DNA from: Clostridiales bacterium Firm_18
GTDB lineage: Bacteria; Bacillota; Clostridia; Monoglobales; Firm-18
Length of the DNA stretch: 64,000 bases
Assembly (NCBI GenBank): GCA_001604215.1
Contig: LVAX01000092.1
Coordinates: 3,027 to 67,026, forward strand
Direction of reading: 5' to 3'
Shown: piece by piece, positions 17,400 to 26,424 of the stretch
How the letters are laid out: each line of letters opens with the position of its first letter
Numbering within the stretch: position 1 is the stretch's first letter
Program-made: the position numbers and the translations under genes
The notes under the pieces: generated by a model
Database searches by the model: none
Told to the model about the DNA's origin: nothing
What the model saw: the letters and a program-made list of their open reading frames with translations, nothing else

Positions 17400-18640
17400 T
17401 GTATTTCGCCCCCTCCTATTTTTTTCTTTATTTCATCTTTACTGAAATTAATAAGCCCCATCTCTTCGGTAATATCCCCGCTGAGGGAAGAAAGAGGTTT
17501 TTTATCCCTGACAAGTGCGGTGTACAGGCCTGCCCGGTGCGGGCTGTCTACCAGTACAAAGCCGCGCAAAACGTCATCTTTTATAACAAACTTTTTATAT
17601 TTTTGCCCTTCTGTTTTTATTATTGTTTCGTAAGAGTTATCCCTGGGGTCAGTGATGCCGCATGTCATAACATTAAGGGAAAAGAAACCGACCGAATTAA
17701 GCGGCATTGTGCCCTTTTCCGCCGGCTCCGCGCCGCCTGCCATGTGTGAGCCCGCTATTATTCCCTGTCTTACCGCGTTCGGCCACAGCGCAAGAATCCT
17801 TTTAGACCCGTCCGTGATATCAAAGCTTTCGACGCAGTCACCCGCAGCGTATATATCGGGGTTTGATGTCTGCATATTCTCGTTTGTTACAATACCTTTG
17901 TTTATACTTATTCCCGCACTTTCGGCAAGCCGTACGTTTGGCCGCACCCCAACTGCAACAACCAAAATATCGCAGCCCACAGCCTCGCCGTTTTTTAAAA
18001 TTGCTTCGTTATTGTTAAATGCCTCCACGCTATTGCCGGTGATGCATTTGATACCGTTTTTTTCAAGGTGGTCTGATACGATATCACCGCCTTGTTTGTC
18101 TATTACCGCGGCAAGCACCCTGTCCGCAAGTTCCACCACCGTAATGTTGTCACAAATGGCGTGGAGCCCTTCGGCGGCTTTAAGGCCTATAAGCCCCCCG
18201 CCCACGATTACAACACGGCTGTCTCTTTTTACCGCTTTTTTAAGTGCTATGGCGTCGTCAAGCTTTAAAAAAGTAAATACGTTCGGATTCCCGGAAAGCC
18301 CCGAGATGGGAGGGATAAAGGGCAGGCTGCCTGTTGCGATCAGAAGCTTGTCAAACTCTACCCTTTGCCCGCTATTTAAAACAACGCTGCCGCTTTCTAT
18401 TTTTTCGGCGCTTTGCCCGAAAACTGTTTTAATGCGGTAATCCTCATAAAAGGAGGGGCTTTTGTAGGGCATTTTATCTTGCGTAACCGTACCTTTTATA
18501 AAATATGATATAAGCGGCCGGCCGTAAGCGGCGTAGGGCTCATCGGAGATAACGGTAATACTGCCCTTTTTGTCGTGCTTTCTTATTGCCCCCGCCGCGG
18601 ATATTCCGGCGGCGCCGTTTCCGATAATAACATACTTCAT
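17396..18640 (-). CDS. FAD-dependent pyridine nucleotide-disulfide oxidoreductase (probable electron-input subunit of the split glutamate synthase)
   Basis: 414 aa with the dinucleotide folds KYVIIGNGAAGISAA and VVIVGGGLIGLKAAE. 4-nt overlaps with both neighbours. Confidence 0.8.
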   Translation of the reverse strand: MKYVIIGNGAAGISAAGAIRKHDKKGSITVISDEPYAAYGRPLISYFIKGTVTQDKMPYKSPSFYEDYRIKTVFGQSAEKIESGSVVLNSGQRVEFDKLLIATGSLPFIPPISGLSGNPNVFTFLKLDDAIALKKAVKRDSRVVIVGGGLIGLKAAEGLHAICDNITVVELADRVLAAVIDKQGGDIVSDHLEKNGIKCITGNSVEAFNNNEAILKNGEAVGCDILVVAVGVRPNVRLAESAGISINKGIVTNENMQTSNPDIYAAGDCVESFDITDGSKRILALWPNAVRQGIIAGSHMAGGAEPAEKGTMPLNSVGFFSLNVMTCGITDPRDNSYETIIKTEGQKYKKFVIKDDVLRGFVLVDSPHRAGLYTALVRDKKPLSSLSGDITEEMGLINFSKDEIKKKIGGGEIQ

Positions 18641-19077
18641 CTTTCGCTGCCCCCTTCAATATATATTAAAGCCCTGTTCGGACAGTTTTTTACGCAGGCG
18701 GGCATTTCCTCACCCCGGCACAAATCACATTTGTAAGCTATATTTCCCGCCTTTACCGCGCCGTACGGGCAGGCCAGAACGCAAGACAGGCAGCCTACGC
18801 AGCGCTCGCTGTTGTTGATGACAATTCCTGTTTCAGGGTCCTTTACCATTGCGCCGGTTATACATGCCTCGACACAGGCGGGTTTATCGCAATGGCGGCA
18901 GTTTACGGCAAAGGATAGCATGTTGTCGCCCTCAACAAACAACCTTGAAACAGGCTCCGGTTTCTCGGTTTTATGCGCTTTTATAATATCTTTCGAAACG
19001 GAATGCGCGGTTTTGCAAAAGCACTCGCACAGCCTGCAGTTTATGCAATATTGTTCCCGTGCATAGATTCTTTTCAT
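18637..19077 (-). CDS. 4Fe-4S dicluster ferredoxin-domain protein
   Basis: 146 aa with four Cys clusters: CINCRLCECFC, CRHCDKPACVEAC, CVGCLSCVLACP, CDLC...CVKNCP. Confidence 0.85.
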   Translation of the reverse strand: MKRIYAREQYCINCRLCECFCKTAHSVSKDIIKAHKTEKPEPVSRLFVEGDNMLSFAVNCRHCDKPACVEACITGAMVKDPETGIVINNSERCVGCLSCVLACPYGAVKAGNIAYKCDLCRGEEMPACVKNCPNRALIYIEGGSER

Positions 19078-19094
19078 ATACGACCCTCCCTTAA

Positions 19095-20594
19095 TTATTC
19101 TCCGGCGTGTTTGATACCCAGTATATCCAGTTCCTTCTGGGAAAGGCCGATGCCTCTTAACATTAGCCTGTTCCCCCTTAAGCTGTCTATGGAATTAATG
19201 CCCATTCCGCCCAGCATTTCTTTTATTTCATGATTCCATGCCGTAAGAAGGTTTGCTGCGCGCTGGGACATTATTTCGGGGTTTAGCCTTTTAACCAAGT
19301 CGCTGCGCTGGGTTGCAATGCCCCAGTTGCATTTTCCGGTATGGCACTGCCGGCACATGTGGCAGCCCATTGCGATAAGTGCGGCGGAAGCAATGTAAAC
19401 CGCGTCCGCTCCAAGCGCAATGCCTTTTACCACATCGGCACTGTTTCTGAAGCTGCCTGCGGCGATAAGCGAAACCTTTGAGCGGAGCGACTCACTGCGA
19501 AGCCTCTCGTCAACCGCCGCCAGCGCAAGCTCAATCGGTATACCTACGTTATCCCTTATGCGAACGGGCGCTGCGCCCGTTCCGCCCCGGAAACCGTCAA
19601 GCACGATTATATCCGCGCCAGCTCTTGCAATACCGCTTGCAATTGCCGCGCTGTTATGAACGGCGGCTATTTTAACGCTTACCGGTTTTTGGTAATTTGT
19701 CGCTTCTTTAAGCGAATATACAAGCTGCCGCAAATCCTCAATGGAGTATATATCGTGATGGGGCGCCGGTGAAATGGCATCGGTGCCGATGGGAATCATC
19801 CTGGTTTTGCTTACGTCTTCGTTTATTTTTTCACCCGGCAGGTGCCCGCCTATTCCCGGCTTTGCACCCTGCCCGATTTTTATTTCGATTATCCTGCCCA
19901 TGTCAAGGTATTCCTTGCTTACCCCGAAACGCCCCGAGGCGACCTGGACTATAGCGCAATCCTTATAAGGCATTAATTCCTCGTGGAGTCCACCTTCGCC
20001 CGTATTGAAAAGTGTTCCGCACTGCTGGGCGGCGGCCGCAAGGGATTTTTGGGCGTTTAGCGAAATCGAGCCGAAGGACATTGCGGAAAACATAATCGGC
20101 ATTTCAAGCTTTACCTGGGGCGGCATTTTTGTTTTCAGCTTCCCGTTGGAATCAAATTCTATCTTATCCGGCTTGGCACCGATATACGTTCTTGTTTCCA
20201 TCGGTTCCCTGAGCGGGTCGATAGAAGGGTTTGTTACCTGGCTTGCGTTCAGTAATATCTTATCCCAGTAAATCGGGTACGGCTGCGGGTTTGACATTCC
20301 GGACAGCAAAACCCCTCCCGTTTCGGCCTGGCGGAATATCTGGTTGATATAGTCGCTGGTCCAGTTGGCGCTCTCACGGTACACCGATTCGTTTTTCTTA
20401 ACGGTGAGTGTCCTTGTGGGGCAAATAGAGGTGCACCGGTGGCATGCAACGCAGTTTATGTCATTTGTGTATAATTCACCCGTATCCTTATCCGATACAT
20501 GCACTTCGTATGAGCACTGGCGGACACATGCCCCGCATTTGATACATCTATCCTTATCTCTTATTATCTGAAATTCGGGATTTAAAAAGTTCAT
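19095..20594 (-). CDS. glutamate synthase FMN-binding (GltB domain 2-like) protein with N-terminal 4Fe-4S motifs
   Basis: 499 aa. N-terminal CIKCGACVRQC and CVACHRCTSICP, then TIM-barrel glutamate synthase motifs (QGAKPGIGGHLPG, SPAPHHDIYSIEDL, LDGFRGGTGAAP). Confidence 0.88.
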   Translation of the reverse strand: MNFLNPEFQIIRDKDRCIKCGACVRQCSYEVHVSDKDTGELYTNDINCVACHRCTSICPTRTLTVKKNESVYRESANWTSDYINQIFRQAETGGVLLSGMSNPQPYPIYWDKILLNASQVTNPSIDPLREPMETRTYIGAKPDKIEFDSNGKLKTKMPPQVKLEMPIMFSAMSFGSISLNAQKSLAAAAQQCGTLFNTGEGGLHEELMPYKDCAIVQVASGRFGVSKEYLDMGRIIEIKIGQGAKPGIGGHLPGEKINEDVSKTRMIPIGTDAISPAPHHDIYSIEDLRQLVYSLKEATNYQKPVSVKIAAVHNSAAIASGIARAGADIIVLDGFRGGTGAAPVRIRDNVGIPIELALAAVDERLRSESLRSKVSLIAAGSFRNSADVVKGIALGADAVYIASAALIAMGCHMCRQCHTGKCNWGIATQRSDLVKRLNPEIMSQRAANLLTAWNHEIKEMLGGMGINSIDSLRGNRLMLRGIGLSQKELDILGIKHAGE

Positions 20595-20598
20595 GTTT

Positions 20599-21681
20599 TT
20601 ACCCCCTAACTTTTGCCACTACCGGGGTGCCGCCTTCCACCGACCAGAGTGTGTCGGGATTGGGGCAAACAACCCTGATTGCCGATTCTTCGCTTGCAAA
20701 ATATATTTTTTCTTTGTCCTCAGCCGCCATAAGGGCTCTCAGCTTCAGCCTGTCGTTTAAAGCGACCAACCCGCCGTCGAAGCCTAAAATTATTGAAAAA
20801 GGCCCGTTAATCAGCGCTCCTGAATATGTTGCCCTAAGGGCGGTGTATTTTTCCTTTTCTTCTTGCTCCATGGCGTCGATAATATCCCAATCCGGCGCCG
20901 TCAGTACCTTTGCCGCCGTTTCGAGGGAAAGCCCCTGCTTTCGTACAAGCAAGTCGAACAAATAGGTTATTACTTCGGTATCCGTTTGAAGGTTGCATTT
21001 GTAGCCGAACATTTCAACATAACGCCTGTTTGCGTCATAGGAGGATATTTCTCCGTTATGCACTATCGACCAGTTAAGGAGGGTGAAGGGGTGGGCGCCG
21101 CCCCACCAGCCGGGCGTGTTTGTGGGGAACCTGCCGTGAGCCGTCCAAAGGTAAGCTTTATATTCGTCCAGCATGTAAAACTCGCCGACTTCCTCCGGAA
21201 AACCCACCGCTTTAAACGCTCCCATGTTTTTACCGCTTGAAAACACATAAGCGCCGGGTATACTGCTGTTTATTCTAATTACGCAGCGGGCGGTATATTC
21301 ATCCTCGTTTTTACCCGAAGAATTTAATCTGATTTTATTTGGCAAAGCAAAGTATCTCCATATTTTAGGACTGTTTTTAATGCCTGCGGTGGGTTTTGTG
21401 GGAATAACCCCGCACATTTTGATGTCAAAATGATTATTTAAAAATTCCTCTGCAAGTGTTTTTGCCTGGTTGTTGTCGTAAAAAATATGGAGGGCGAAGC
21501 ATTCTTTGTATTCGGGGTATATACCGTATGCCGCAAAGCCGCCGCCAAGACCGTTTGATCTGTCCCGCATCAGGGCAATTGATTTTATAATCTCACTTCC
21601 CGAAAACGGTTTGGCCTGTTTATCCATAATGGCTGCAATGGCGCAGCCCGACGGTATTCTGACTTGACCTTCCTTTAACAT
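20599..21681 (-). CDS. class II glutamine amidotransferase (GltB domain 1-like)
   Basis: GGGAGG RBS 7 nt upstream of the ATG at 21681 (MLKEGQVRIPSGCAIAAI...). The candidate nucleophile Cys follows a short propeptide. The listed ORF extends to 21792, but that extension runs into the leader terminator hairpin. Confidence 0.8.
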   Translation of the reverse strand: MLKEGQVRIPSGCAIAAIMDKQAKPFSGSEIIKSIALMRDRSNGLGGGFAAYGIYPEYKECFALHIFYDNNQAKTLAEEFLNNHFDIKMCGVIPTKPTAGIKNSPKIWRYFALPNKIRLNSSGKNEDEYTARCVIRINSSIPGAYVFSSGKNMGAFKAVGFPEEVGEFYMLDEYKAYLWTAHGRFPTNTPGWWGGAHPFTLLNWSIVHNGEISSYDANRRYVEMFGYKCNLQTDTEVITYLFDLLVRKQGLSLETAAKVLTAPDWDIIDAMEQEEKEKYTALRATYSGALINGPFSIILGFDGGLVALNDRLKLRALMAAEDKEKIYFASEESAIRVVCPNPDTLWSVEGGTPVVAKVRG

Positions 21682-21787
21682 GATCGATTCCTCCCTTATG
21701 TCCTTTTCGTTTTTCAAATGCCGGTAAATTGGTGTTTTCGTTGCTGAAAGAAAAACAGTATAAAATAAATTCCAAGCTTTATCCGGT

Positions 21788-21830
21788 GTCAAAAGACGGT
21801 AGCCGCAAGTATATGGCTACCGTCTTTTTG
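21788..21830 (-). terminator. intrinsic terminator inside the 5' leader of the glutamate synthase operon (candidate attenuator)
   Basis: On the minus strand, GACGGTAGCC-ATATACTTGC-GGCTACCGTC followed by TTTTG. Lies about 107 nt upstream of the 21681 start codon and downstream of the ANTAR gene. Confidence 0.65.
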
Positions 21831-21923
21831 CGACCTCTCTGTCTTTTTTATTCAATTTAAGTTTTTAGTATTATTTGTTTGACAGTGTTTTGTTTAATTA
21901 ATGTCCAAGGGTTGAAAAAAGTA

Positions 21924-21962
21924 ATCAAAAAGGGATAGCTGATTTAATAATCCGCTATCCCC
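21924..21962 (-). terminator. intrinsic terminator after the glnA-ANTAR operon
   Basis: On the minus strand, GGGATAGC-(14-nt loop)-GCTATCCC followed by TTTTTG. Confidence 0.65.
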
Positions 21963-22081
21963 ATTGATAACTTTTTTGCTCAAGTATTACAAGGCGTCTT
22001 TTTCTATCCCGCCCGTTTTTGTTTTTATTGCATATTTAACATGGCATATGAAAATTATAGTGTTGCCGTAAGATTCTGTTT

Positions 22082-22648
22082 TCAAAGCACCCCGTCCCTT
22101 TCAAATAAGATTTTTCGCGCTGTGTCAACCATTTTTGAACCGCTGTTCATGCTTTGCTTTTGCAGCATTCGGTGCGCATCCTCCTCAGATATGTTGTGAC
22201 GTACCATAAGCATTCCCTTTGCCCGCTCTATTGTTGAAATGTCCATAGCGTTTTTGTCGGCAATACGGCGCAGTTTTTGCTTGACGGATGTTATCCTTTG
22301 CATATGCTGTATGGTTAAAACCGATGTAATCAGTTCGTTTTTATTGACGGGTGTGGTAAGAAAAATTACATCATGGTTGGTACAAAGGTTTTGCTGCAAT
22401 TGTGTGGCAAGCATAAGCATAACATAACCGTCGGGCAGCATTACGCTTAAATCATTGGCAGTCATATCAAGAAGCTTGAAGCCGGAAACCACTATGCCCT
22501 TGTCAAATTTAGCCGCTTCCCGCAATACCTTGGCCCCGGAGGTGCATGCCGTTCTAACCGGAATGCCGCTTGATTCAAGCAGGGAATGGACATTGCGGCA
22601 GGTGCTTTCGTTTGCAAATGCTAAAATTAAGCTTTCCACACATATCAA
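22082..22648 (-). CDS. ANTAR-domain antitermination regulator with a receiver-like N-domain
   Basis: 188 aa. The C-terminus has the ANTAR helix pattern IERAKGMLMVRHNISEEDAHRMLQKQSMNSGSKMVDTARKIL. The N-terminal receiver-like fold lacks the usual acidic DD pair. Starts 10 nt after the glnA stop. Confidence 0.8.
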   Translation of the reverse strand: MICVESLILAFANESTCRNVHSLLESSGIPVRTACTSGAKVLREAAKFDKGIVVSGFKLLDMTANDLSVMLPDGYVMLMLATQLQQNLCTNHDVIFLTTPVNKNELITSVLTIQHMQRITSVKQKLRRIADKNAMDISTIERAKGMLMVRHNISEEDAHRMLQKQSMNSGSKMVDTARKILFERDGVL

Positions 22649-22658
22649 CTCCGGTTTA

Positions 22659-23990
22659 TTAGTATCGGTCCAGGTAGTTATCGATTTCCCATTGGTTAAC
22701 CCTTACGCGGTAGTCATCCCATTCCTTTTTCTTGGCGTGCACATAATAACTAAATATGTGATCGCCCAATGCTTCTCTGACCAGGGAATCCTTTTCGAGC
22801 TCTGCAATCGCTTCTTCAAGCGTACCCGGCAGGCTTTCAATCCCTATGCTTGCCCGCTGCTCTTCACTCATGCTGAATATGTTTTCATCAACGCCCTCGC
22901 ACGCGGTAAGGTTTCTTTTAATGCCGTCAAGCCCTGCCATGAGGCATACGGCAAGTGCCAGATAAGGATTTGCGGAAGGATCGGGGCAGCGAAGCTCTAT
23001 TCTTGTACTCTCGCCTCCGGAAGCAGGAACTCTAATCAGAGGGCTCCTGTTATGGGCGGACCAGGCAATGTAAACAGGCGCCTCGTAACCCGGGACAAGT
23101 CTTTTATATGAATTAACAAGCGGATTTGTAACGGCAACCATTCCCTTGATGTGTTCTAAAATTCCGGCTATAAAGCTGTAGGCAATTTTGCTCAGCCCGT
23201 TTTTGTCGTCTTTATCGTAAAAAGCATTGCGGCCGTCTTTTGTAAGGGACATATTGGTGTGCATTCCTGAGCCGTTTATACCGTATATCGGCTTGGGCAT
23301 AAAGGTTGCATGCAGGCCGTGGCGCTGGGCGATTGTCTTTACAATCAACTTGAAGGTCATTATATTGTCTGCGGTTTCAAGTGCTGACCCGTATTTAAAA
23401 TCGATTTCATGCTGGCCCTGGGCCACCTCGTGGTGCGAAGCCTCGACTTCAAATCCCATATCCTCTAACATCATGCACATGTCTCGTCGGGCGTTTTCGC
23501 CTAAATCGACAGGGCCTAAATCAAAATATCCGGCTTCGTCATGGGTGATTGTTGTAGGCCTTCCTTTTTCATCGGTATGGAAAAGGAAAAATTCGCATTC
23601 CGGGCCTACGTTAAAGCTGTATCCCATTTTTTCCGCCTCGGCTAAAGCTCTTTTCAGGATAAAACGGGGATCGCCGACAAACGGTTTGCCGTCCGGGGTA
23701 TAAACGTCGCATATCAAACGCGCTACCCTGCCCTGCTGCGGCCTCCAGGGGAAAATTGCAAATGTATCAAGATCGGGGTGAAGATACATATCCGATTCTT
23801 CGATACGGACAAAGCCTTGTATTGATGAACCGTCGAACATGCACTTGTTGTCTAATGCTTTTTCAAGTTGGCTGTCGGTAATCGCTACGTTTTTAAGCAT
23901 TCCGAAAATATCCGTAAACTGAAGCCTGATGAATTTTACGTCATTTTCTTTAACTAATTTTATTATTTGTTCCTTTGTGTACTTTGACAT
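22659..23990 (-). CDS. glnA: glutamine synthetase type I
   Basis: AAGGAGAGG RBS before the Met at 23990 ([13 protein letters not shown]...), giving 443 aa. GS motifs include FDGSSIQGF, the MHTNMSL region and the NRSPLIRVP region. Confidence 0.92.
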   Translation of the reverse strand: MSKYTKEQIIKLVKENDVKFIRLQFTDIFGMLKNVAITDSQLEKALDNKCMFDGSSIQGFVRIEESDMYLHPDLDTFAIFPWRPQQGRVARLICDVYTPDGKPFVGDPRFILKRALAEAEKMGYSFNVGPECEFFLFHTDEKGRPTTITHDEAGYFDLGPVDLGENARRDMCMMLEDMGFEVEASHHEVAQGQHEIDFKYGSALETADNIMTFKLIVKTIAQRHGLHATFMPKPIYGINGSGMHTNMSLTKDGRNAFYDKDDKNGLSKIAYSFIAGILEHIKGMVAVTNPLVNSYKRLVPGYEAPVYIAWSAHNRSPLIRVPASGGESTRIELRCPDPSANPYLALAVCLMAGLDGIKRNLTACEGVDENIFSMSEEQRASIGIESLPGTLEEAIAELEKDSLVREALGDHIFSYYVHAKKKEWDDYRVRVNQWEIDNYLDRY

Positions 23991-24115
23991 TGTGACAACC
24001 TCTCCTTGCTTTGATTTGTTAACGATGAGCGCCATTGCACACCGATATTTTACTGGAGGGAAAAAATTAAGGCATTCCCATTATCGAGAACACCCTTGTT
24101 CTTTTCCTTAGATAT

Positions 24116-24144
24116 ATAATACTACGATTTTTTAATATTGTCAA
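24116..24144 (-). promoter_or_regulatory. glnA promoter
   Basis: On the minus strand, TTGACA (24139-24144), a 17-nt spacer, TATTAT (24116-21). Gives a leader of about 118 nt. Confidence 0.6.
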
Positions 24145-24350
24145 TATAAAAAATGAAAAAAATTTAAAATTTTTTTCATTTATGCAAAAACGACACAAGA
24201 CAAACCTTGCGTGGGAAATTTTTTAGAATATTTACCAAAGCCCTGTTAAAGCGAAGATTAAGCCTTGTTGTACATATTAAAATATTGTATGTTTTATCCG
24301 GATTAATATTTTGAAAAATGAAAAAAGGATTTAATATTTTGCAAACATGT

Positions 24351-25649
24351 TTAAGTCATAATGCAAATATTTTCTTTTATTTCGTCGGCAAGCTGTTTTG
24401 TTATAACCTCGCCGGGCGCAATCAGGCTTATGCACGGCGGTATTTTAAATACGGCGCGTGCGGCAATTTTTCCGATAGCGTCTTTGGGACTGACCGTTTT
24501 TGTATCGGAGTAGTAAGCCAGTGCGGGAGGCAGTGCCAAGCGGGTTTTCGAAGGAGCGGGATAACTTGTTTTTTTTAACATCGGGAGTTTGCCCGCTTCG
24601 CAAAGCAGGGCTTTTTCCAAACGGTCAAGGTCCGAAGCTTTGCCGAAAAGCTTTGCTATAAATATTAGATTCCTCCCGTCGCACATTTCGGCGCGTATGT
24701 CATAGCCGCGCTCCAGGGCGGAATTTATCCTGTCCGCATTTTCCCCCGCATTGATAACAATACGTGTTGTGTCGCTGTTGTCAAGACACTTGTACTTGCC
24801 CGTTGCCGAAACCGCATTCTTTAGCCGGATACAGCGCTTTATTGTTTTTTCCGCGTCTTTTAATTTTGATATTTTGTCAACGGCATCGTCTATTGACATC
24901 ATTATAAGGTAGGAAGGACTGGTGGTGTGGAGCATGTTAAGGTTTTCGCGTACTTCTTGCTGATTTATCCTGCCGCTCCCTATATGCAGCAGCGCGCCCT
25001 GGGTAATACAGGGCAGTGTTTTGTGAGCGCTTTGGACAACACCGTCCGCACCGCATGCCAGGGCGGGAGGCGGAAGTGTGCCGCACACCGAAAAATGTGC
25101 ACCGTGCGCTTCGTCAACGATTAAAGCCGCTCCGAAGGCATGAGCAATATCAGCGATTTTTTTTATATCCGAGCAAATACCGTAATAATTGGGGGATGTT
25201 ATTAATACGCCCTTCGCGCCGGGATGTCCGGCAAGCGCCGCTTCAATATCGGCGGGGTTTATATGGGTAAATATTCCGTATTCGCTGTTGTATTCGGGGT
25301 ATATATAAACCGGACGGATATCATTTAAAACAAGGGCATTTATAACCGAGATATGGCAGCTCCTGTCCACTATGAGAGTATCCCCTCTTTTGCAAACGGA
25401 CATTATAAGGGCATGCAAACCTACGCTCGAGCCGTTTACCAAAAAAAAAGTGGCGAGCGCGCCAAAAACAGCAGCGGCCTTTTCCTGCGCTGCTTTTATT
25501 ATTCCGCTGGGGTTTTGCAAATTGTCCGTGCCTTTTATTTCGGTAACATCATATTTAAGGGGCAAATACTTATCGCCGTTATGCCCCGGCATAAAAAACC
25601 GTGCGGTGTTTTTGCCCACCGCCCTGGCTATACCCTTGCGTATTATCAA
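24351..25649 (-). CDS. Orn/Lys/Arg decarboxylase family PLP enzyme
   Basis: 432 aa with a TTG start and a GGGAGG RBS. PLP-lysine motif SAHKTLP (VVQSAHKTLPCITQGALLH) and N-terminal FFMPGHNG. Confidence 0.8.
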   Translation of the reverse strand: MIIRKGIARAVGKNTARFFMPGHNGDKYLPLKYDVTEIKGTDNLQNPSGIIKAAQEKAAAVFGALATFFLVNGSSVGLHALIMSVCKRGDTLIVDRSCHISVINALVLNDIRPVYIYPEYNSEYGIFTHINPADIEAALAGHPGAKGVLITSPNYYGICSDIKKIADIAHAFGAALIVDEAHGAHFSVCGTLPPPALACGADGVVQSAHKTLPCITQGALLHIGSGRINQQEVRENLNMLHTTSPSYLIMMSIDDAVDKISKLKDAEKTIKRCIRLKNAVSATGKYKCLDNSDTTRIVINAGENADRINSALERGYDIRAEMCDGRNLIFIAKLFGKASDLDRLEKALLCEAGKLPMLKKTSYPAPSKTRLALPPALAYYSDTKTVSPKDAIGKIAARAVFKIPPCISLIAPGEVITKQLADEIKENICIMT

Positions 25650-25662
25650 TTATAACCTCCCG

Positions 25663-26274
25663 TTAAAAATACGAGCACATGCTTTCCACGGCGTTGTTTT
25701 CCACCAAAAGGTCGCCGTGCTCGGCAAGCTCGCCGGATTTGATTATTGCGGCCGCAGATTCTTTTCGGGCGAATTCGGTAAGAATAACATCCATATCATC
25801 GGCGATAAAGTCATTTAGAATATTTAAGGATAAATAGTATTTTCCTTTATATTTGTACAAACTGCTGTCGCCTGTAAATCTTGATTCGATGGTTTTGCAG
25901 GCATGGATAACATCATCAAGGGATAAAAATTCAAAAATCAACGGATTTGATACTATACGGACTTTCCTGCGAGGTCTGGTTTCTTTTTTAATCCTTGGTC
26001 TTATATATTTTTGAGCAATATTCTCGTCTTCCTCAATTTTAGTAATTATCATGACGAAACCGTCGTTTTTTACAGGCATTGCTTCGACAACAAGCTGAGA
26101 GCCTTCCGTGTAAAAGCCCATTTCCGCTTCGGCGCGGCGTATAAGATTCCAGAACAGCTCCTGGGCTTCGGGAGAATTATAAGTCAGGCTTTCAAAGTTG
26201 ACATCCCATTTTTTAAGGTCTTCAACGGATAAGGTGATTTTTATTTTATTTGGTGCAATACGTTCTATTTTCAT
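25663..26274 (-). CDS. mecA: adaptor protein MecA (ClpC adaptor)
   Basis: 203 aa. The N-terminus MKIERIAPNKIKITLSVEDLKKWDV and the overall layout are typical of MecA. Confidence 0.7.
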   Translation of the reverse strand: MKIERIAPNKIKITLSVEDLKKWDVNFESLTYNSPEAQELFWNLIRRAEAEMGFYTEGSQLVVEAMPVKNDGFVMIITKIEEDENIAQKYIRPRIKKETRPRRKVRIVSNPLIFEFLSLDDVIHACKTIESRFTGDSSLYKYKGKYYLSLNILNDFIADDMDVILTEFARKESAAAIIKSGELAEHGDLLVENNAVESMCSYF

Positions 26275-26424
26275 ATTAACACCTCCTTGATTACATTATA
26301 CTATAAAAATTGTATTTTGAAAAGAGGAAAAAAAGATATTGTAATTGTATTATAATAATAGTATAATATACGTTGATGGTTTTGTTGTCAATAATTTTGC
26401 GAGTTTCGCTCACAAGGAGGCATA

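Noticed and set aside
17652-18440. Long antisense ORFs, such as this 262-aa one opposite the FAD oxidoreductase. Others are 27100-27837 opposite rnfC, 55554-56102 opposite the dehydrogenase, 38004-38453 opposite ilvD and 40617-41051 opposite rho.
   Set aside because: Each lies opposite a gene with strong family motifs, lacks an RBS and gives Ser/Pro/Ala-rich low-complexity translations. They are typical shadow ORFs.
21682-21792. N-terminal extension of the amidotransferase ORF to the ATG at 21792
   Set aside because: The extension runs into the leader terminator hairpin and has no RBS. The Met at 21681 has GGGAGG at ideal spacing.
21832-21843. Calling a complete ANTAR dual-hexaloop target in the glutamate synthase leader
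   Set aside because: Only one small hairpin with an A..G.. hexaloop and a 3-bp stem is visible. I could not build the second hexaloop hairpin overlapping the terminator, so the specific motif is not asserted.
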